A DNA stretch of 64,000 bases. Origin: an uncultured Lentisphaerales bacterium (lineage in GTDB: Bacteria; Verrucomicrobiota; Lentisphaeria; JABSQK01; UBA12247). Positions 58,726 through 64,000 of this stretch are shown here, in pieces. The notes beneath the pieces were generated by a model. That model worked only from the letters and a program-made list of their open reading frames with translations, was not told where the DNA came from and ran no database searches. The stretch is taken from positions 64,001 through 128,000 of the forward strand of contig CALSSJ010000011.1 in assembly GCA_943788985.1 (NCBI GenBank), written 5' to 3'. Each line of letters opens with the position of its first letter. The first letter of the stretch is position 1. The translations under genes and the position numbers were made by a program.

Positions 58726-61398
58726 TTAGAGAACCTTGCCGCTTTCGACGTCCATGAGGCGGAATTCTTCACGATGAAGACGCGCATCGGCACGAAACAC
58801 GAGGCTGCCGCCAAATTTTCCTTCCATGTCTTCGAGGATATGGGCGTCGGAATTCTTGAGCCGCTCCAGGACGCTCGGATGCACGGTGATCCGGACTTTA
58901 GTTAGGCCCTGCTTACGGCGCAGGATTTCCTGGAGGCGGCGCTGAATCTCAACGCTGATGCTGACAGTGGACTTGACGAGTCCTTTGCCTTCGCAGTAGG
59001 GGCAGTTCTCGAACAGGGCGTCCTGTAGGCTTTCGTACTCGCGCTGGCGGGTCATCTCCATGAGCCCAAGCTTCGAGATGCGCAGGAGCTTGGTTCTGGC
59101 GCGATCACGATCGGTGGCGTCGCGCATGGCGGTGTAGACCTTCTCGCGATCGGTACCGGAGCGCATGTCGATGAAGTCGACAACGACGAGGCCACCGACG
59201 TTACGCAGGCGCAGCTGGCGACCAATCTCACCGGCAGCTTCCATGTTCGTGGTCAGGATGGTCTCGGGGTGGTCTTTGCCGCCACGGGATTTGCCTGAGT
59301 TGATGTCGATAGCAATGAGCGCTTCGGTTTCATCGATGACCAGTTCGCCGCCGCTCGGCAGGCCGACTTTACGGCCAAAGATCTGCTCGATCTGCTTGGA
59401 GAGCTTGTAGAACTGGAAGATGGGCCGGGCTTTCTCGTAGAGCTTGAGCTCGACTTTCTCTGTGGCACCGATGCGCTCGATGTAGGATGCGGCGATGTCA
59501 TAGGACTTTTGCGAGTCGACGACGATCTGCTTGACGTCGTTGTCGTAGTAGTCGCGCAAGGTACGCTCGAGGACGCCAGGCTCCTGAAAAACACAACATG
59601 GGGCAGGGCGGTCGCAGTTGGCCTGAGTGGCCTCCCACTTGCCGAGCACGTAGGAGACGTCGTTGCGAATCTCTTCATCCGTGAGCGTCTCGCCTGCAGT
59701 ACGGCAGATGGCGCCCATGCCTGCGGGGAGTTCTAGACTCTTCATGATCTTGCGCAGACGCTCGCGCTCTTTGCGGCTCTCGATTTTGCGGGAGACGCCG
59801 CGATGGCTGGAGTTCGGAAGCAAGACAACACAACGGCCAGCGAGGCTCAGGTTTGTGGTAACTCGCGGCCCCTTGGTGCCGATTGGCCCCTTGGTGACCT
59901 GGACGATGACTTCGGTGCCTGGAGGAAACTGCTTTGGAATCGCGTCCAGGTCGAGCGGGGCATCGCGCCGGTCATTCCTATTCCCGTCCGGTTTCTGCTG
60001 CTGTTGTTTTTCCTGGCTGGGAGCCGGGGCGTCGCCGGAGGTTTTCTCTTCCTGCGGCCGGGCGGATTGGGCCTTCTCGCCGGATTCTTTTTGGTCTCTG
60101 CGGCGATTGCGATTCCGTCCGCCGCGGCGGTTGTTGTCACGCTCCGGCGTGGGGGGTGGCGTAGCCGGCGGTGCCTCGAAGCGCTTTTCTTCGGCTTCGC
60201 GCTCTTCCTTCAGCTTGGGAAAGAACAGTTCTTTGAGACGGCGGAGAAAGCCGGCCAAACCGCTGACTGGGGCTTCGACTTTGGGGGTGGGGATGTTCCG
60301 CGGCGGACCAGAGTCCTTCTTCTCTGGTTTATCCTGACGCTGGTCGCGATTCTGGTCGCGATCCCGGTTGCGATTGCGGTTGCGATTTCTCCGTCGATTC
60401 TTCGTCCCCTCGCCGCCTCCTTCATTGTCGGCGTCTTTGCCGTCCTGGCGAATCTTGTCTGGGCGATTGCGATTCTCATTCTGACGACTGTCGTTCTGGT
60501 CGCGACCTTCGCCGTGGCCCTCACCTTGGGCCTGCTCGCCACGGTCACCGCGGTTGCGATTGCGGTTGCGTCCGCCACGGCGTCGGCGGTTTCTGCCACC
60601 GCCACCACCTTCGCCACGCTGATTGTCACCGCCGCCGTTACCGCCACGGCCTCCGTCGCCTCCAGCGGCGCTTTCTGGGGCGTCAGCCATGGCCATCGGA
60701 GGGCGCTCTTCCGGCGGGAGGTCCACGCTTCCTGCGGCGGGATGGTCGGTGTCAAGTTCAGCCTCGGCCAAGGCCTCTTCGTCTATTGCTTCAGGCCCTT
60801 CGTCGCCGTCTGGCTCACAGGGAACTTCGACGACTTCCGGCTCCTGTTCAGGCGCCTTCTGTTCAGCAGCGGGCTCCTGTTCAGGCGCCTTCTGTTCAGC
60901 AGCGGGCTCCTGTTCAGGCGCCTTCTGTTCAGCAGCGGGCTCCTGTTCAGGCGCCTTCTGTTCAGCAGCGGGCTCCTGTTCAGGCGCATTCTGTGCAGCA
61001 GCAGGTTCCTGTTCAGGTGCTTTCGTTTCAGCAGCAGGCTCAGCGTTGGGCTGGTCGCTGCTGTCCTCGGCGGCCGGGTTTTCTGGATCGTCCTCGTTTG
61101 GCTTACGCTTGGAGCGCAAGGGCTTGTCTTCGACGGTACTCAGCGCTTTTTCTTCTTCCCACATTTCTTCTGTGGCGGGAACCATGTCCCAGTAATGAAG
61201 AAAGGCGTTTTTTGGGGTGCCTAGATCCACGAACGCAGCTTGGAGGGACGGTTCGAGGTTTGAAATTCTACTTTTGAAGATGGAGCCCACGAGGTTTCGC
61301 TGGCCTTCCCGTTCTACGTAGTACTCTTGCAGCGTGCCTTCTTCGACAACGGCGACGCGTGTTTCCAGTTGTTCCTGGTTAACTATTATCTGTTTCAT
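58726..61398 (-). CDS. rne: Rne/Rng family ribonuclease (RNase E/G) with large S1-domain insertion
   Basis: ETRVAV, LQAAFVDLG..KNAFLH, VQVTKGP.GTKGPR.T, LPSGG..IDETEAL..IDINSG, RQLRLRN.GG..VVDFIDM, EMTRQR, CPYC.G.G. Start set at MKQIIVN. Confidence 0.93.
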   Translation of the reverse strand: MKQIIVNQEQLETRVAVVEEGTLQEYYVEREGQRNLVGSIFKSRISNLEPSLQAAFVDLGTPKNAFLHYWDMVPATEEMWEEEKALSTVEDKPLRSKRKPNEDDPENPAAEDSSDQPNAEPAAETKAPEQEPAAAQNAPEQEPAAEQKAPEQEPAAEQKAPEQEPAAEQKAPEQEPAAEQKAPEQEPEVVEVPCEPDGDEGPEAIDEEALAEAELDTDHPAAGSVDLPPEERPPMAMADAPESAAGGDGGRGGNGGGDNQRGEGGGGGRNRRRRGGRNRNRNRGDRGEQAQGEGHGEGRDQNDSRQNENRNRPDKIRQDGKDADNEGGGEGTKNRRRNRNRNRNRDRDQNRDQRQDKPEKKDSGPPRNIPTPKVEAPVSGLAGFLRRLKELFFPKLKEEREAEEKRFEAPPATPPPTPERDNNRRGGRNRNRRRDQKESGEKAQSARPQEEKTSGDAPAPSQEKQQQQKPDGNRNDRRDAPLDLDAIPKQFPPGTEVIVQVTKGPIGTKGPRVTTNLSLAGRCVVLLPNSSHRGVSRKIESRKERERLRKIMKSLELPAGMGAICRTAGETLTDEEIRNDVSYVLGKWEATQANCDRPAPCCVFQEPGVLERTLRDYYDNDVKQIVVDSQKSYDIAASYIERIGATEKVELKLYEKARPIFQFYKLSKQIEQIFGRKVGLPSGGELVIDETEALIAIDINSGKSRGGKDHPETILTTNMEAAGEIGRQLRLRNVGGLVVVDFIDMRSGTDREKVYTAMRDATDRDRARTKLLRISKLGLMEMTRQREYESLQDALFENCPYCEGKGLVKSTVSISVEIQRRLQEILRRKQGLTKVRITVHPSVLERLKNSDAHILEDMEGKFGGSLVFRADARLHREEFRLMDVESGKVL
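60838..61035. repeat. 33-bp coding tandem repeat, 6 units (AAEQKAPEQEP)
   Basis: Four AAEQKAPEQEP units plus two variants (AAETKAPEQEP, AAAQNAPEQEP) inside rne. Confidence 0.95.
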
Positions 61399-62347
61399 GA
61401 TTGACATTCTGTCCTGTTTGCAGCGGTGTGCCGCGTAGGAATTCAATGCCGGTCATTTCTCGTTTGCCCTGTGGGACAATCGTTTCAATAGACAGGGCTT
61501 CATTCCCACAAGCGACTTTCCACTCGTGTTTGTCTGCCGCCAGTATCGTACCTGGGAGGGCATCGTGTTGGCCCTCGGCGATGCTGGCAGCGGTGATGAT
61601 AATCCGTTTGCTTCCGCCTCTGGCGGGAAGCTGAAACCACGCACCTGGCCAAGGGGTATAGGCTCGAATCTGTCGTTCGATGAGGTTGGCGGGTCGAGAA
61701 AAGTCGACGCGCCCGTCATCTCGCGAGAGTTTTGAGACATGGCTGGCCTGTTCGTGATTCTGCGGCACGGGCCGCAGTTGATGGGTAGCGATCTTCTGCA
61801 GTTGGGGCACGACTATCCGGGCTGCCTCTTGGGACAGTCGATCTTCGAGCTCTGCTGCATTCTCGCCTTGGCGGATGGTGACGTTGTGACGGGAGTAGAC
61901 GGGTCCTGAGTCCAGGCCCCGCTCCATTTGCGTAACGCTAATGCCCGTCACGCTGTCACCGTTGAGGATTGCGGCATTGATTGGGGCGGCTCCCCGATAT
62001 GCCGGGAGAAGGGAGGCGTGCAAATTAACACACGCCTTGGTGGGGAGTTCGAGCAGCTGGCTCCGAAGTAGCTGCCCAAATGCGAATACCAGCACGATGT
62101 CTGGCGCACATGCGGCGATCCGATCAATGACCGCAGGGTCATTAACGTTCTCTATCTTTGCGATGGGTTGTTGGTGTTGTTCGCACCAGGCGCCGATTGG
62201 CGTAGGGGCAAAACCACGTCGTCCTTGCCGGCGGTCCGGCTGTGTTCCGACTCCCATGAGTCGCACTGAGGCCGCAGCCATCAACGCAGCGAGGGTGCGT
62301 ACAGCGATGGCGCCAGAGGCTAACAGGAAGACCTTGATTTGGGGCAT
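61379..62347 (-). CDS. fmt: Methionyl-tRNA formyltransferase
   Basis: TQPDR..GR, AFGQLL, NLHASLLP.YRGAAPI, TG...M..GLDSG, IRAYTPWPG. Confidence 0.96.
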   Translation of the reverse strand: MPQIKVFLLASGAIAVRTLAALMAAASVRLMGVGTQPDRRQGRRGFAPTPIGAWCEQHQQPIAKIENVNDPAVIDRIAACAPDIVLVFAFGQLLRSQLLELPTKACVNLHASLLPAYRGAAPINAAILNGDSVTGISVTQMERGLDSGPVYSRHNVTIRQGENAAELEDRLSQEAARIVVPQLQKIATHQLRPVPQNHEQASHVSKLSRDDGRVDFSRPANLIERQIRAYTPWPGAWFQLPARGGSKRIIITAASIAEGQHDALPGTILAADKHEWKVACGNEALSIETIVPQGKREMTGIEFLRGTPLQTGQNVNHETDNS

Positions 62348-62497
62348 GGAAACCGAAGAAGTGTGGCTTTTGGGATGGGTTGCCGGGGTGTATCGATCTA
62401 GAGATCACACCGACAGGCGGGGCTGCGGATTTCGCAAGCCGCTGTCACAGTCAGGTTGAGCATTAGTCAGACTGGGACAAGCGGGTAAGTTACCACC

Positions 62498-64000
62498 ATG
62501 AAGTGGATTCGGAAACTTAAAGTTCTCATAATGACGCTGGGGGCCCTAGCGGTGTTGCTGCTGGGGCTGGTCTGGTGGGCAACCGTTTGGGGCGTTCCAG
62601 GCGCCCTGCTCGTCATGATCACGGACCGGATTCAGGACGAAACAGGCGTGGCTGTGAAAGTGGACCGCGCGGTGTTTCGCAATGACCGGCTGGTGGAACT
62701 CCGCGGCTTGACGGTCCATGACGGCGAAGAGGTGCTGATGCTGCACGGGGATCGCGTGATCGCGGAGTTCCCCAAGTCTGGCTGGCGCGGACTGCCGGAG
62801 TTGACGTTGCTGGACGGGGCCGTCGTTTATGGCGCGGGAACGCCAGATGAGATCGACGCGCCGCTTTCGCATGCTCGGATCACGCCGCTAAAAAAGTCGA
62901 TCCGCGTGGCCGCGGCTGGTCGCTGTGGCGCGCTCCAGCTGGATTTACGGGTTGGGTTGATTGGGACCCTGCCGAAACAAGCGAAAAAGCGCAAGAGATT
63001 CCGTCTGAAACGGCTACAGGCGGACGGAGCGTCTGGCGAGTTGATTCGCGAAATTCATGACGCGATCAAGTGCGCGGACCGCGGGTCCTTGCGCTGCCGG
63101 ATCGATGTCTTTCTGCCGAAACCCTCGCAATCGCGGGGGACGGTGGATCTGCAAATCTCCGACTGTCTGGTGCGCGGGATTGCGCTGCAGAACCTGCAAT
63201 TTGGGGCTTCGAGCCTAGGCGGGCACGTGCAGGGCGACTACGCGGTGACGGCGGACGGCGGGCAGCAGGTGTCGGGATCATTCGAGCTTGGAAAGGACAT
63301 GGTCCTTTCGACGCGCTTGGCCGGGGCGGTGTGGCCGACTCGGTGGCTGACTGCGGTGGGACAGAAGTTGCCGCTGGCGGAGCTAGAGTTTCACGATCTG
63401 GTGGACGTGCGGGGGAATTGCAGCTGGCCAATTCGGGGGAAGTGGGGTGAGATTAGCGCTGACGCCTCGGTGCGAACGTCGGTCACGGTACGCGACGCGC
63501 GGTTTTCCAATTTTGGCGCGCGGCTGATGCTGGAGGATGGCGTGCTTCGTTTCGCGGATGCCCGCGGCTTTGTGAACGGTGATGGCCTGATCAAGGCCCA
63601 CGGTCAGTTCGACCTCGACACCCGACGGATCTACGTGGGCTTCGAAGCCACGGCTGACCCCTTGTTTGTCCGTGACATCAGCGGCAACAAGCCGTTTCGC
63701 CGTGATTTTGCCCAGTTGATGTCGATGTTTGAGTTTGCGCCTGGCCAGTACCCGTCTGCAGAAGGGGAGTTGTACGCGTGCCCGGAATGGCCCCGCGGCG
63801 GGCTGATCATGAATCTGAAGGCGTCCGGGCAGAATGTGCGCTATATGGGGACGCGACTCGACCGGGCCAGTGCTGAGTTGCTGGTGGATGTTCCCGATGC
63901 GTTAGTCTTGATCGACAATCTTTCGCTCTCGATTGGGCGCAAGGAGTTCTCGGGGCGGCTGGCGCGGGAGTTCCGGGCACCGCACATCGATCGACCGCGG
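62498..64000 (+). CDS. AsmA-like / beta-rich envelope protein (runs off the window end)
   Basis: ATG 62498 reads MKWIRKLKVLIMTLGALAVLLLGLVWW (N-terminal anchor), followed by beta-strand-rich sequence. Absent from the ORF track, consistent with no stop before 64000. Confidence 0.6.
   Translation, partial: MKWIRKLKVLIMTLGALAVLLLGLVWWATVWGVPGALLVMITDRIQDETGVAVKVDRAVFRNDRLVELRGLTVHDGEEVLMLHGDRVIAEFPKSGWRGLPELTLLDGAVVYGAGTPDEIDAPLSHARITPLKKSIRVAAAGRCGALQLDLRVGLIGTLPKQAKKRKRFRLKRLQADGASGELIREIHDAIKCADRGSLRCRIDVFLPKPSQSRGTVDLQISDCLVRGIALQNLQFGASSLGGHVQGDYAVTADGGQQVSGSFELGKDMVLSTRLAGAVWPTRWLTAVGQKLPLAELEFHDLVDVRGNCSWPIRGKWGEISADASVRTSVTVRDARFSNFGARLMLEDGVLRFADARGFVNGDGLIKAHGQFDLDTRRIYVGFEATADPLFVRDISGNKPFRRDFAQLMSMFEFAPGQYPSAEGELYACPEWPRGGLIMNLKASGQNVRYMGTRLDRASAELLVDVPDALVLIDNLSLSIGRKEFSGRLAREFRAPHIDRPR

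Noticed and set aside
60838..61035. 33-bp repeats as a CRISPR array
   Set aside because: The units are contiguous with no spacers, are in frame within rne, and no cas genes are present.
54882..61277. Long plus-strand ORFs (54882-56240, 59803-61224 and others)
   Set aside because: Antisense shadows of well-supported minus-strand genes, as expected in high-GC DNA. The same applies to 8729-9928 and similar ORFs elsewhere.

Overview
A high-GC bacterial chromosomal segment. Its protein families (Zn-ribbon Ser/Thr kinase, CxxCH 'PVC-type' heme proteins, membrane-anchored prenyltransferase-repeat proteins, DUF6785 transporter) suggest the PVC superphylum, possibly Lentisphaerota; this placement is inference. 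Intact core genes include lpdA, purL-purQ, ppnP, trpF, a murC-like ligase, tag, uppP and an fmt-rne-hisC-tyrS-metF-like operon. They alternate with about nine decayed accessory genes, concentrated at 46-55 kb. Main finds: (1) a candidate ~70-nt minus-strand sRNA at ~38044-38115 with a sigmaE-type promoter, an anti-Shine-Dalgarno CCUCC motif and a strong terminator; (2) a tandem triplication of membrane-anchored alpha/alpha-barrel proteins with a TonB/TolA-like S-x3-H-x6-L helix, where two copies share an identical N-terminus but differ in the barrel and the third has lost its anchor to stop codons; (3) RNase E/G with a ~415-aa disordered insertion in S1 carrying a 33-bp tandem repeat and a membrane-targeting-like helix; (4) a MetF/MetV-like fusion lacking key catalytic motifs; (5) an OsmC-YcaO fusion; (6) three frameshifts each repaired by removing one A; (7) a dispersed REP-like palindrome family. 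No rRNA, tRNA, CRISPR array or intact transposase was seen. All assignments were made by eye from motifs; no searches were run.
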